From Amoebophrya sp. A120 (taxonomy: Eukaryota; Protista; Dinoflagellata): 64,000 nt of DNA. Positions within the stretch are counted from its first letter, which is position 1. Each line of letters opens with the position of its first letter. The stretch lies in assembly GCA_905178155.1 (NCBI GenBank), contig CAJINV010000009.1:3785556-3849555 (forward strand), given 5' to 3'. Both the position numbers and the translations under genes were made by a program. Under the pieces are notes generated by a model that had not been told where the DNA came from, searched no databases, and saw only the letters and a program-made list of their open reading frames with translations. This document shows, one piece after another, positions 11,004 through 23,700 of the stretch.

Positions 11004-13337
11004 TTGCTCCGCCTTGTCAGGATGCCCTTAGGTGGTCGTGGGAGTGACGAAAAGGAAGCCGGGCGCAAGCTTCGTGAAGCTTTGACAAGTGGCGCGGCAG
11101 ACAGGGAAGCGCGAGTTAAACACGCATGGCAAGAATACTGGAGTGTGTTCATGTCGAAAAGCGAAAATACTACGGGTGGAACTGGTTTCGACACAACAAG
11201 CAACAAAGAAGTGTTGAAAAACAAACTTTTAAATGAAGTACTCGATCGACAGAAGTTACCAGACTCTGTCAGACAGCGTCTGACGGAATTCATGGGCGCA
11301 ACATCCGGCGGGGGCAGCATTGTGAAATTTCTTTTTTCAACTCAGCCTCGACGCCCTGACGAGAGTCAGACACCCTCAAAAGGAAGACGTGCAGTACCGA
11401 CGCAGCAAGTCACGAACACGAATGCAAATCCTCCCGACACGCCAGACTATGGAGGTCTCTACACCCCGGAATCCTGGATCGAATCGTACCGGCAATTGTG
11501 CATTGCGAAAAACCTCGAGACGTTAATCTCAGAGATGATGAACAATACGTATTACAAGTCAATAATCGGGCTCGGGGGAAAAAAAGCCTTCCAAGGGACA
11601 CGGGGGAAGAACTTGTTCAGCAAGAATGGCACAGATCTCAGAGACGCACTGGCTGGCAAAATCGGTGTCGCGAATGCAGCTCCTGGCTTTGCAGTCAAAG
11701 GGGTGACAACGTCTCCTGAAGCTATCGCGGCAGACCAGCATGTAATCGACCACGACGACGAGAGCCTCAACTGGCTTATTAAGTCGGGATTCGCAACAAG
11801 TAACGACGGAAATGAAAACGCTTTGTTCGATGCCGTTGCGAATGCAGGAGATCGCTTGCTCGGCATCGCGCGTGCGTCGGAGCGTGATCTCGTCAACTAC
11901 AACGACAAACTGATAAGAAAGCAGATCGTGAACAAGATCATCGAGCAGGGCAGCAACATGAAGATCAGCTCAAGCCAGCAGCGCGGCAGCAACCGAGACC
12001 AATTGGAGGCGACGATTTCTCATCATATCTCTGAGCACATAAAGGGGTACGCCGTGAAATTCTCCGACAACGCGCGCGATCGATGGCGCCGCCATCAACG
12101 TGCCCACAATGATGGTGGGAATGTCTTCGTTCACTTCAAAACTCTGCTGGAACTTCCTTTTCCTTCATATAATTCCTCGACTAGTAGACTTTCAACGGAG
12201 GCTGCGAAGTTCGTTTATGGTGCACTGAATAAGAAATTCCAAACGAACAAAAAAGTCACGCGAGTTCTCTTCTTGGAAGCAGCACCAGACGACAACAAGG
12301 TGGCGTCCATCGATCCTGACATGCTGAAAAGACACTTGCGCAACACACAGGCGATGTACGAGTACGAGGACCACGAGAAGTGGCGCAAGCAGAAGCTACT
12401 TGAAGAAGAACAAGCAGAAATAAAACGGCGCAAGCAAGAAAAACAAGCAGAAAGAAATCGGCGCGAGCAGAAGCTACGTGAAGAAGAAGAAGCAGAAATA
12501 AAACGGCTACGTGAAGAAGAAGAAGCAGAAGAACAAGCAGAAATAAAACGGCGTCGGCAAGCAGAAATAGAACGGCTACGTGAAATAAGACCAAAACGGC
12601 TACGTGATGAAGAAGAACAAGCAAAACAAATAAAACGGAGTAGACAAGCACGAGGACGAGGGCCAAGGACGGTTCAAGGACACTCGACAGCTCTTCAAAT
12701 TACCGGCTCTGAGCAAGCCGGCGCAGAACACGCACTTATGCTGAAGCCCGCGCAAGGCTTTCAAGCTTATTTGGAGTATGCGAAGCAAAGCGTCGAGCTT
12801 CCTATCGGTCTTGTGTGCGTCGCTCTTCTCGCCTTTGTTCTGTACCGTTGGACCCCATGTGTTCGCCGCCGTTTCTCCCAATTATTACCGGCTAAACCGC
12901 GGGCAACGACGAAGAGCACCTGCTGTGCCTGCGGCCGTGATGGGGAGGACAAGACGGGAAACACGGAAGACGAAGTTCAAGATGAATTCAAGGCTACAAC
13001 TGCGGGTAGAAAATCTAGAAAGAAACGAAACGAGAGAAAGAAGCACCTCCAACGCCGCGTGCAATCGGGCAACGAAGACGATTGCAAAAGTGTGCCAGCA
13101 CGCGACCAAGCACTACTTCCACTTCACATCGGAAAAAAGAAGGCCAAAAAACCGTTCGTGATTGTGTCCTTTCCCGAGGACTTGTGCGAAAACCAATTGG
13201 GCGACCACGCTGCGGAGCCAGTACAACCTGCGTCGTTCGCCAGGACGGAAGCAGACCACGAAAACCACACCGGCAGCACAGGGCAGCAGGCTAATGGCTG
13301 TAATCCCGCGGCTGGGGTCAGGATCATTTCAAATTGA
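11004..13337 (+). CDS. Hypothetical membrane protein with charged coiled-coil repeats and one TM helix (777-aa uninterrupted ORF)
   Basis: EEEQAEIKRR-type repeats at ~12380-12650 and hydrophobic LPIGLVCVALLAFVLYRW followed by basic residues. Frame is open from 10923. A possible signal-peptide exon lies at 10623-10664 (MKAVALCIFILIDF). Confidence 0.7.
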   Translation: MLRLVRMPLGGRGSDEKEAGRKLREALTSGAADREARVKHAWQEYWSVFMSKSENTTGGTGFDTTSNKEVLKNKLLNEVLDRQKLPDSVRQRLTEFMGATSGGGSIVKFLFSTQPRRPDESQTPSKGRRAVPTQQVTNTNANPPDTPDYGGLYTPESWIESYRQLCIAKNLETLISEMMNNTYYKSIIGLGGKKAFQGTRGKNLFSKNGTDLRDALAGKIGVANAAPGFAVKGVTTSPEAIAADQHVIDHDDESLNWLIKSGFATSNDGNENALFDAVANAGDRLLGIARASERDLVNYNDKLIRKQIVNKIIEQGSNMKISSSQQRGSNRDQLEATISHHISEHIKGYAVKFSDNARDRWRRHQRAHNDGGNVFVHFKTLLELPFPSYNSSTSRLSTEAAKFVYGALNKKFQTNKKVTRVLFLEAAPDDNKVASIDPDMLKRHLRNTQAMYEYEDHEKWRKQKLLEEEQAEIKRRKQEKQAERNRREQKLREEEEAEIKRLREEEEAEEQAEIKRRRQAEIERLREIRPKRLRDEEEQAKQIKRSRQARGRGPRTVQGHSTALQITGSEQAGAEHALMLKPAQGFQAYLEYAKQSVELPIGLVCVALLAFVLYRWTPCVRRRFSQLLPAKPRATTKSTCCACGRDGEDKTGNTEDEVQDEFKATTAGRKSRKKRNERKKHLQRRVQSGNEDDCKSVPARDQALLPLHIGKKKAKKPFVIVSFPEDLCENQLGDHAAEPVQPASFARTEADHENHTGSTGQQANGCNPAAGVRIISN
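12380..12650 (+). repeat. Intragenic imperfect tandem repeats (GAAGAAGAACAAGCAGAAATAAAACGGC-like)
   Basis: About 5 visible copies encoding EEEQAEIKR. Confidence 0.85.
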
Positions 13338-13756
13338 CACACGAAACTAGACATAAAGAACTGCATCACGACGGAAGCGTCAGTAGCAAAGTCGCAGTCG
13401 AGCCTTGATGAGTAAAAGGCTTTCAAAGACGAGGCGCGTCACGTAGCGCGCTTGTCTTGTCCTGCATTGATGTCTAGTTATGATCGTGCACTACGACGAG
13501 CAAGTAGGCCCACACTGAGCCTGAGTTTGGCCACGGTTGAAGATGGGAGCCCTGCTCGTTGCGATGCAAGAGTTATTTCATCGTTGAGGTTCGCGAGCAA
13601 TTCGTGTGGTTGTTATGGGTATGGAGAGCAATTGTCTTAAGAATAAGAACCTCACTTGATGCATTCTTGAAGCCTACACGTAGATAAAACATGATCATGA
13701 TACAATGTTGTCGATTCTGTCCCTGACACGGACACGGTGTATTTTGCGTCTGCATA

Positions 13757-14035
13757 ACATCAAAGCTGGCCGTTGTGGACGTGGACGTGGAAAAAGGCCG
13801 AGGACAAGTACCCGAGGCGAAGGAGCCGGCCTACTCGAGGACTGCTTCCGACTGCACGAGTGAAGATGAGTCTTCTGACTCCTGCTCCTCGTCCGCCTCC
13901 CCCGACCACATCACCGACATTGCTTCCGCCGCACCGGACACCGACCAGGAGGATTGGGAAAAGCCGGCGGTGTGTCCTGCTGCTCCTTCGAAGAGGGAAA
14001 CCGAAGAACAAACGCCGCTGCTCCGCAACGAGTAG
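13757..14035 (+). other. Orphan exon-like acidic Ser-rich ORF, possibly a terminal exon or gene relic
   Basis: GC-rich, coding-like, ends EQTPLLRNE*. Preceded by a weak TIR-like segment (13620-13756), but no clean upstream exon joins under the +5 rule. Confidence 0.3.
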
Positions 14036-16795
14036 GAGAAAATTACTGCACAAGAGCAGCAATTCGATGAATGAATACGGAGAATTCATTTTTTTACCAA
14101 GCGGCGATGACGTGTGATGGTGACGTTTTAAATTTCTAGAGTTTCTGTTGGTCAATGGGGAGGTCCTGCTGCGGTGCTGTGCCGGAAAAGGTCCAGGTCT
14201 TTCATTTAAGATCAGCGGAATTGGCATGGCTTCCTCGGCGGTGACCTTCAAGAGGGATGACCACTTTGAAGCGCCCACTCGAGTACGTCTACGTTTCTGT
14301 TATGCTTTTGTACACTAGATTCTCATTCTGTTTTTACTAGTGTTTATGGGTTTCGGGGTTTATCATGTTTAGGGGGGGGTCTTGCTTTTAAGTATTTGAA
14401 ATTTTGTTTTGTCGCTAGCTCTACTACTACTTTCAGTTTTATCCCATAGAGGTTGTTGAATTTTACTTCTTGCCGGAATTTCTCTTTGTTTTCATACCGC
14501 CGAAACAAAAATCGTGCAAACGTGTTGCAGAAGTAATAGCACAAGGGAGAAGTGTAAGAGCCGTGGCTGTGACATCATTGTTTGTGGAAAAATGAAAATC
14601 AAAATGAAAGAGTAGGTAATGAAGTTTGAGTTGCAAGAAGTACAACCACTTTGATGTCCGCGCCAACGCCGCACCGCTCTGCCTCTACCAGCGCACTGGA
14701 GCCAAACGTTCTGTCGTCACTAAATATTTTTTCTTTTCTTGTTTACAACTTTTCAAAAAATCTAAATCTCTGTAAAACCAATTACATATCTCGTGTGTGC
14801 ATTACTATTTCCACCTACGAACGAGCATACCATCGGGGAGTTAGCGATTCTCTTCGTGGGGGTGATGTTGTGGGATGGAATCTGTAATGCTATTTTACTA
14901 CTCAGCAAGGTATTGCTCGTTCGGAGTTTTCTAAGAGGATTTTTGATCACGCGCATTACAAGTTTCTGGCGTCCATGTACGAACGAGTGTACCACCGGGG
15001 AGTTAATAACTCTGAATTTTAAAGTCCTGAAATTGGTCGGATCTTACCGAGGGAACGATGCTCAGAATATGAAGTTTATCGATGTCGACTATCAGACCTG
15101 AGAAAACGCCTACACTATTACACAGAAAATAAAAAACACAAAAAAAAAAACCGTACCTTTCTAATAGTGCAGTTTCTCTTTCTCTTTAAAGCAAGGTAAA
15201 AGTCAAACTATCTGAGTTTGGCTTTCTTTTTTCTTTTACCTTTCTTTTTCTCAGTTGAGAGCTTTGCTAGTCCGCAACACGATGGTGTGCTGATGAGAGG
15301 CGAGTGACGTGGTCGTGTTTTGTCTCTCTTGGTAACTCCGTTGTTGTAGTTCTCACGATGCTATCACGCGATTGCTTGGTTTAATGTTTTACCTGATTTC
15401 CATTTTAGATTTATTCTCGGGTGGACCTCTACTTTTACGGATCCATCAAGCTCGCCTTGTCCCCACGCTAGGGCGTAAAAACGCACCAGTCAATAGATAC
15501 AAAAAACCGCAAAAGTGCTGACCTTCCAGGATCTTGCACGCACTGCCTGGTCCCCACGTAAAACTACAGTTTAGCTCAAAAAAGTTGTTGCTCTTCCTTT
15601 CCGTAAAAAAAAATCGAATAGATCTTTATCGAAGCCAAAGACCAAAGTTTTAGTTCTGTTTTAGCTCCCCCAGTTCCGCTCTTCGGAGCAAAAATGTTTC
15701 AAACCTTTCCAGCGTAGCTCCTCGGAGCATAGTTTTATAGCCCACTCCAGCTCAGCTCCTCGGAGCGTCAGTTTTAGTTTCTTTAGTTTTAGTCTGCAAA
15801 AAGTTTAAGCGTTAGTTATCTCTCTCTCAGTTCCTGCATTGAAACTTCTGACAGACGCAAAACTGTTTTATGGCCGACGTGGTGGTTAGGATTGCCTGAC
15901 TGCTGCGTTGAGCCCGGCACGCTTGCTATGTACTCTACAAACCCGCCTCTACTATAGCAGTAAGCGTGGTCAAGCTTAGCTCATGAAAGCACTCGCCGGA
16001 GCTCTTACAGCCCCGAGTACGCCCCACTCCAACGGCTCCAACGGCTGCGCCACGTGCGCCGACACCTCTGATCTGATCTGATTTCAATGACTTTCATAAA
16101 CACACCTTGACCTACTTTATTTATTTTTCTCACTTTCTCCGTTGAAAATAAAGAGCGCGCCTATCCACCTGGCAGCAACTTTTATTGATTTTCGCATGAC
16201 TACTTTAAGTTTAACATCAAATTGTTTTGACATATTTTGTAGCACACGTAACACATCTGTCTCTCCTGGCTTGACACTCGCTCGTATTGATTTTTCGCAC
16301 TCTTACCATCACGCACTGCAAGTATCTTTATTTAAGTGATTTCTTCCCCCATGGCAGCACATGCACGTCGGAGTAAAGATCCCTTTCATCGTCCAGGAGG
16401 TACAGGACAAACAACGAAGAACAAGAAGAAGTCGAGTATCATGTTGCTGGTGTCCATGATACTTCCTCTAGATGTAGAGGAATGAAACATCGAGGATGAT
16501 TTGGGTTCACACTTTGTGGACGGAGTCGTCGCCGGTTCACGTCGCTATTCGTTACATTGTCGACAACTGTAGAAGTCCCAGCCCCTGTCGCACGACAGTG
16601 GACTTCGAGAACAAGAAACAAGATAACGGAAAGCGAGGGAGCGCGCGCGGCGAAGTCCATCTTTTTTTCTCTAGGAGAGGCACTTTAATATCAATACTTC
16701 ACAACACCCGGGTGCCACTCACGCACCTAGAAGTCAAGAACCATATTACTCGCCACAGCCTTTCGCTCGCGGCTTGTGTGATCAATAAAGTAAAA

Positions 16796-17031
16796 TAAAA
16801 AATGCGAAAGGGACCACCACATGGAGTAGAATTATGGCCTTGAAAAAACTCGACGTTGCTTTTTGTTGCTGTCAAGAAAATAAAACGACCAGCTCCAGTG
16901 CGGTGTGCTTAGCTCCGACACGACTCAAGCACTGCGCAACACGTGTCGTTGTTCTGCCAGAAAGCCATGGAAAGCGTACAACTGCTGTGTTCTCGTTTTC
17001 TCTTCTCGTTCCTGAGGGTATTTCGGAAAGC
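16796..17031. repeat. Diverged dispersed repeat, copy 2 (partner 9487-9729)
   Basis: Same anchors in the same order and orientation. Confidence 0.75.
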
Positions 17032-17755
17032 GAAAGGCGCATTCGATATTCGAATCCATTGTGGACGCGAATTCTCACTCACCTCTACCGCTTTCTTCCG
17101 AAGATTTTTCCGTCAACTTGAACTTTTGCTTTTTGATTTTGCAGTGACATCTTCCCAGCATGCTGTGCCGGTTAGTAAGATGGAAAAAAGCTCGATAAGG
17201 AAGTGGAAGAGAAACTACAGATATCTTCGAGCAGCGCAATGAAGATCTGATCTCGTGCGTGTGAAAATTTGATCACAGTACTTTACCAGATATTTCTCGC
17301 AGATCTTCTTTTTGTCAAAAGAGAAAGACGATGTCCTTCGTATTGTATCTGGTATAACGTCCTGGCGGTATTCGAGGTGCTTTTATTTTGTCGTTCATTT
17401 TTCACGAAATATCAGGACCCAAGAGATCACGAATGTCGACGAAATATTGGAATTTCTAGTAGTCCCCATATTTGCTAGCGCTAGGTTTAAAATGCGTTTT
17501 GATCATCAGTCACTACAACGCGCTCCTTGTACTGATAAGGAAGTAGTTGCCATAGAAGTTGGGGGAAGGAGCACGCGATGTATTTGCTTGTGTCAGTAAC
17601 GTAGCTACGAGCGCGACAAGCTCGGCGAATCCAGTCTTGCAATTGTTCACATTTTGATTTGTAAGAGGTACTTGTTCTTCGTGTCAGTCGAGCTTAGATC
17701 GGAAGCCACGCATCAACATCCGCATTCGCATCGGCCAAGAAGTCTTACTCTAATC

Positions 17756-20700
17756 ATGCGAACCGCCAGCATGCAGCGCAGTGTGCAACAAGCCTCCCTT
17801 TGTGCCATGAAGCGCGCAACAGCTCGGGCAACGGCCGCCAGCCGGGGATTCGGGAGCAGCAGCATGGCTGCTAGCATGAGAAGTTCCGCAGGAGGTCGAA
17901 GTAAAATAGCGGCAAACAAAGAAGGCTCCACGGGCTTGAGTATTCGCCCGTCGGCTTTTAGCGGGAGCAAAGCGCCGAGCTTGCCTGCGACAACCCCTAC
18001 ACGGAGTAGTTGTGCTACGCAAGAGATTTGCGTTGGACCAATAGCAACAGAAACCGCAGCAGGAGGTCTTTGGCAGCCAGGTAACCAACATCAACAACGA
18101 TGTTTTGTCACCAGCAGCTCAACAAAAACCTGTTCTTCTTCCACATCGCAGTCCCATCTGGGTACTAGTAAAATTTCTCGCAACGGCGCCCTAAGAGAAC
18201 TGCATCAAACAGTTGCGCCCACCAGCAGCGGCGATATGAACCTGCTGCTTGGCGCAAGATCAACAGTATTTCCGTTCGCCACGGATGCACGAGCGCCAGG
18301 TGTTGTGACTCGCTCATCAGCAAACAGACGGCACTTCAGCTCGAGCAGTTCCTTCATGCGGCGGGTGCTCGACCAGGTGCAAAAGGACTTGGAAAAATCG
18401 GAAGAATATCAGAAAGCAAAAAAGGACTTTCAAGACCAGGGCGGAGAGGAAAGTGCGGAAAAGTTGAGGGTAAGTACTTTTCTTTGCATTTGCTTGAGTT
18501 TTATTTGACACATGTAAGATATTCGTCGTCGCTTGTGCAGTCGAAGCATGAAGAACTTAGTTGTCGCCGGCGTCGACCACTACTACCCATGTATTACAAA
18601 CGGCCATCTCTGTTAACGCAATCTGGGGGAAAATCTTCCAAGAACCTTCCGAAATGTTTCCAGCGCCCCAACTTTTCAGGGCGTCAGTAGATTGCAAACT
18701 GAAGGGCGCCCCATTGCGCTTGTGGTGGCCTGGGCCGCATCTATATTAGGGCGGTGAATAATCTGACGCACAGCATTCCGCCGGGCTCAATTTTTGAGCC
18801 GCATGGCACGGCGAACCACGCAAAGCGCCTGCCATTGCCGGGCGCTGTCTTTTCTTCAGGCGCCGCGCGCTATCGGTTCGCCTGATTGGTATGCAGTGAG
18901 GCCAGGACCGTTCTAGCCTGGCGGCCCTTCTGCCAGGCATCACGCATCCATGCCGGCCGGCAGTTTTCAAGCGGCGGCCGGAAATGCAAAATGTTTCCGC
19001 CTCTCAAGCGATCGGGGCCTCAAATGCAAACCGGCGCAGTAGCGTGCTAGCGATTGCCAGCCGATGAAATGACGCAAGGGGGCCTGCCGGCAAAAGAGGG
19101 GCCCTCCCCTCTGACGCGCCCAGCGCCTTGACTTCTAGCGATTCGCTCCGGCTGCCCAAAAAGGCGCGGCAGAAAAGCGGTAGCACGAAAACGACACCGA
19201 GTCCGCATGGTGGTGGCTTGATTTTGCCCCATGTTGGTTCGGGCCTTGCAAAAGGCGCCACCAACCGGCCGCCGACCTCATAGGCGCGCGGGCCGATAGG
19301 CTCAAGGGCAGGGGCCGCGTTTTTATTGGCAAAAAACAAAAGAAGCGCGCCCCGCCAAAGAGCTTAAGTGGGCCCGCGTGTTAATTATGCCTTCGGGCCG
19401 ACCCCGGACGCCCACATGGATGGCTTGCTCCAGCGGAGGCCCAGGCGGGCCAGCATAGCACGCGGCGAAGGCCTTCCGTTTCGAGCCCAAGTGGCCTGCT
19501 GCTCGCGGCCGTTATTGCCACCGGCCCCCGTCCCGTCGTGCATAACATTAGGCACGGTGGCACGGTGGCCATAGAAGTTGCGTCGCTTTTTGGCTTCAAG
19601 CCAGCAAAACGCCTGCGGCCTTACTTCCGCCTTTTCTGGGCGCGGCATGTCTTGGTGAGGGGGGCGGCGCCCTTCTGGCCATGCCATCAGGGCAACCAGA
19701 GGAAAGCGAGGCGGCGAACCCGTCTCCTTGGGGCCCTGGCCAGGTGGGCCCGCCGGCGGCCAGGCGCCGCGCGCGACAGATTGCGTGCCGGCTGCCGGGC
19801 GAAACAAACGGCGCGGCGCCTTTGAATAAGAAAAAGCGCACGGGAGTGATGTGCCTCGGAATGGCCCCGAAATCCTTCCGAAATGCTTCCAGCGAGTTGC
19901 AAAAAAGTGGCGGCCTTTTTCAATGAAAAAATAGCAAAAAAGTGGTGAGCCCGAAACAGGCTTAGTGGAAGGATTTCGGAAGGATTCCGGAAACATTTGG
20001 CGCCTTACAAATTCACTTTTCAAGAAATTTTTTTTTTTGTGGTCTGCCACTTGCTCGGGGCGGTCGATCTATCATAGCACCGGCGGAAGGATTTCGGAAG
20101 GATTTGGGAAGGATTTCGGAAGGGCTTCCGGGACCTTCTGGAAGGATTTGGGAAGGATTTCGGAAGGATTTCGGAAGGATTTCGAAAGGATTTCCGGGGC
20201 CTTCCCGGAAGGCCTTCGGGAAGGCCTTTCAGCGGGATTCCTCCTTCTGTGGCACTCCCCCGGGCCCGAAAACCAGCTGGCGAGGTGCCGCAGGGGCCGC
20301 CCCGCGCGCAGCTTGCCTGCGCCTGCCGGCCGCATTCCCTAGGGTAGGGCCGCTGGCCGCTTGCGCGGCGGGCAGTTTCGGTGGCCCGGTAGCCCCTTGC
20401 GGGTTTTTTGTATGTAGCGCGCCCACGGACGTTCCGGCCTTGCGGGTTTTTTTTGCAAGGTATTTTGCAAAATGCCCGGCAGGCTTCAGGCGGTCGGTAG
20501 TGTTTTTTCCGTCACATAAAAAGCATATGCCCACTGACTTATCAAGCAGCCGGGGCGTTGATAGCAACCAACCAAGCCCAGTGGTATTCGTATTCTATGC
20601 ATCGGCTGGCGCTTGATAAAACGACTCGCGGGGGCTGGCAAAGGGGGCGCCCGTTCGAGGCGCCCACCGCCTTCCTTGGTTTCTGCCGATTTTGGGCGCC

Positions 20701-23700
20701 CATAACGGGGCGCCAACAGAGCAGCAGCCCGGAAAAACACCGAGCCCGCATCGCGCGGGCCCGATTTCGGCCCACGTTCGGGCCCCGCAAAAGACGCCAC
20801 CAAGGGCGGCCCTGCAGAGGTGGACTGAAGGCCAGGCCTCAAGCTTTCCCGGGGCGAAAGAGAAAAAAAAAGCGCGTCCCGCCAAAAATCGGAAGTGGGC
20901 CCCTGTGTTGTCGGCACGATTTCGGGCGCCCAGGGGGGGCCTGCCCTGGTGGGGGCCCAGGCGGCGCCATAGCATATGGGGCAAGGCTTCTCTTTTCGAA
21001 GCCGAATGCCTGGCAATTTATTTTTGGCCGGTATTCACACCGGGCGCCGTAGCGCCGGCCGTGCATAATATTTGGCGCGGCGGCGTGGTGGCCATACAAC
21101 CTGCGTCGCTTGCTCGCTACGCTGCTCGGCTTCAAGTCAAGAAGACCGCTGTGGCCCCACTTCCCCCACCGAGGCGGCTACTGGTTTGCAGCTTTCTCTC
21201 GGTGTAGCGCACCCAGGGATCGAGGGGTAGGCCCCCGGATGTTGTGGCGTTGGCTCAGCGTGGTGAAACGGGCGCAGATCTTTCACAGCGCGGACGAGCG
21301 CCGCGCATTAGCGCATTGGTTGGTCCTCGTTGCCGTGGGTTGCCTACCCCAACAAGGCAGAAAAGTTATGAGGCAACCCAGTTGCGCTCAGGGTCGACAG
21401 GGCGCGGGCATTGGTGGGGTGCTGGAAGGATTTGGGAAGATTTTTGGAAGAATTCCCGCGCAGGTGCGTTATCAGGCGGTCCGTTTGTAAATGTGCAATG
21501 TTTTGCAGCGAGAGTAGCTAGTAAAACAAGGCGCGAAGTTCTTGTGATTTCGGATTTTTTGACTCTGAAAATGAAATTGAACTTCACACAATCAACAGCA
21601 ACGGGCCCTGGAGCAAGAGGAGAAGCTGCGGCAAATTATGCGTGGAAAAAAGATAGTTCGGGGGTAGAAATACATGGTTGAAAACAACTGTCGCAAAGAA
21701 TTTCAAATTCTTTGCGATCTAGCACGAGAAGACAGGAGACCCGCTTGCGATCCCGTGTCCTTATGCTGCATGACAATTTTAGTTCTAGTTGACTTGGCTG
21801 TCAGTCCCACTACTTACTAGGTTTTCCCACCATACGGTTGAAACAATCCGTGGAGAAGACGGCTGACAAGACGGCGTCGTACTTCTATCCTAGCAAAACC
21901 TTGCTCCGCTGTTGCGGCGACTCGCCTTCGAGTGTTGCAGATGAATTTCTGCCATCTACTTTGGAATGACCTTCAGTGATATTTTTGCAGTGGAGTCAAC
22001 AAGCAATGTGTATGCTGCTTGAGTAGAGGTAGACAGTGCGTGGCGTCGTGGTAATTTAGATTGATTCCGACGGAATCGTGCTTGCCGTCGTGCATGACGA
22101 CAAGGCGGTAGAGGCGCAATCCAGCGGCTCAGGGTCGTTTTGCTAGGATAGCTGCCGATCCATGCGAGAATCCGTCGCAGACCAGCAGGAAAAGTTGAAG
22201 CAGTCGGTATAACGTTGTTGACTGATTGAACTTGTGATGCGTTTACGCGGCCAGATGAAGTGCATCTCTGTAGATGCAATTTGTCTTGCGCAGCTGATGC
22301 TCGTGCGGCGTATGATCCGTACAACATTTATTCCCATCACGATGTTGCACCAAAATTCATCAACACCCCAAACAGACCAGCGAGTTTTCCGAATCGCACC
22401 TGAAGGAGAATGAAGCCCTGAAGAAGATGCAAGAGGTTTTCGACAACGTGAACAAAACTGTTTCCCCCATCGCGATATGGAATGCAAATAGAAATATGTC
22501 TGGGTCTGGATGAAGAGTCGGGGTTTATAATGCACATTTTGCATGACCCGTGAGGTCTGTGATGCAGGTCCTAGCATCACAGATTTTTCGAGAGCTTCTT
22601 GATGCTTACCGCGCATGACAAATGTCCTCTCCGCGTGCCAAGAACTGGAGTCCTCTTGCTGCCCATGCAACACAGATATTTTCAGAATCCGCAAACAGCA
22701 TTACAAGTTCCACTCTTCCAGACCCAGACATATTTGCATTTGATACGCGAGCAGCATCACTGACAATTTGGGGAAAACGGTCGACAACTTGCAGAGCTTG
22801 CTGGCGAAGATGGAAGATCCCAAAGCGGAGAAACACAAGCAGTGGAAGGCCGGGAAAAAGGCGGAAAAGGAGTACAAAATGAAACAGCAAGAGAGTGCCG
22901 CGGCGGTGGAAGCCGCGAGTGCAGAAGGAGCTGCCGCAGAGCAACAGAGTGAAAGCGTAGCAAAGACAACAGTGAGCTCCGCGGCAGAAGAAGGCGCAGC
23001 GCAGAAGACTTCTGCGGACCAGTCCAGTACTACTACAGCAGATGCCTCAACAACAACAGAAAATCAGCAACAGCAGCAAGCTGCGAAGGCGAAAGAGGAC
23101 GACACAGCCGGGGCGCTTGTCGTCCGCCATGAAACCGCGTGGGACAGGTTTGGGGCTAACGTCCGCGACATGCCGCTTTTGAACACTTTTTACGATAACC
23201 CGCTCTTCGACCGTCTCTTTCAGGAAACCGAAATTGCACAGTCTCTGAGAGAGATGAAGGAAATCTCGACGAATTTCCGCCTCCACGATTTCATCGAAGA
23301 AATAGAGCAGGTTATCGCACCTAAGATCATCCAAGCCTATCTGAACGGCGACAAGGAATTTCTGAAGCTTCACTGCGGTGAAGCAGCCTACATGGCGGTG
23401 TGGAGCAGCATCAAGGAGCGCAAGCGCTCGCGGTTAGTACTAGACAACGACATCCGGCAGGGTCCGGAGGAAGTGGAGCTGAAGGGCGCGCGGGGTATGG
23501 ACGGGGGAAGCTACACCAGTCCGACGTTTGTCTTCACCTTTCACACGCAACAAATCAACTGCTTGAGAAAGGAAGCGGATCCGTCGGAGGTATAGAAATT
23601 ATACTTGATGTTTTGGGGTGAGGTTGTGGCGAGCTGCTACTTTCTCTGCTGAAGATCTGCTAGTACTAGTTTATCATGCGTGCACATGCAAATTGAAAAA

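Noticed and set aside
13620-13756. Possible introner before the orphan exon
   Set aside because: Weak TIR, no DR, and the +5 rule points to an upstream frame containing a stop.
15268-15340. Hammerhead-like GTC-stem-CTGATGA
   Set aside because: No GAAA core after a stem II.
18746-21490. ORFs in the GC-rich element as a possible transposase
   Set aside because: Short, overlapping and R/A/P/G-biased, with no DDE or zinc-finger motif recognised.
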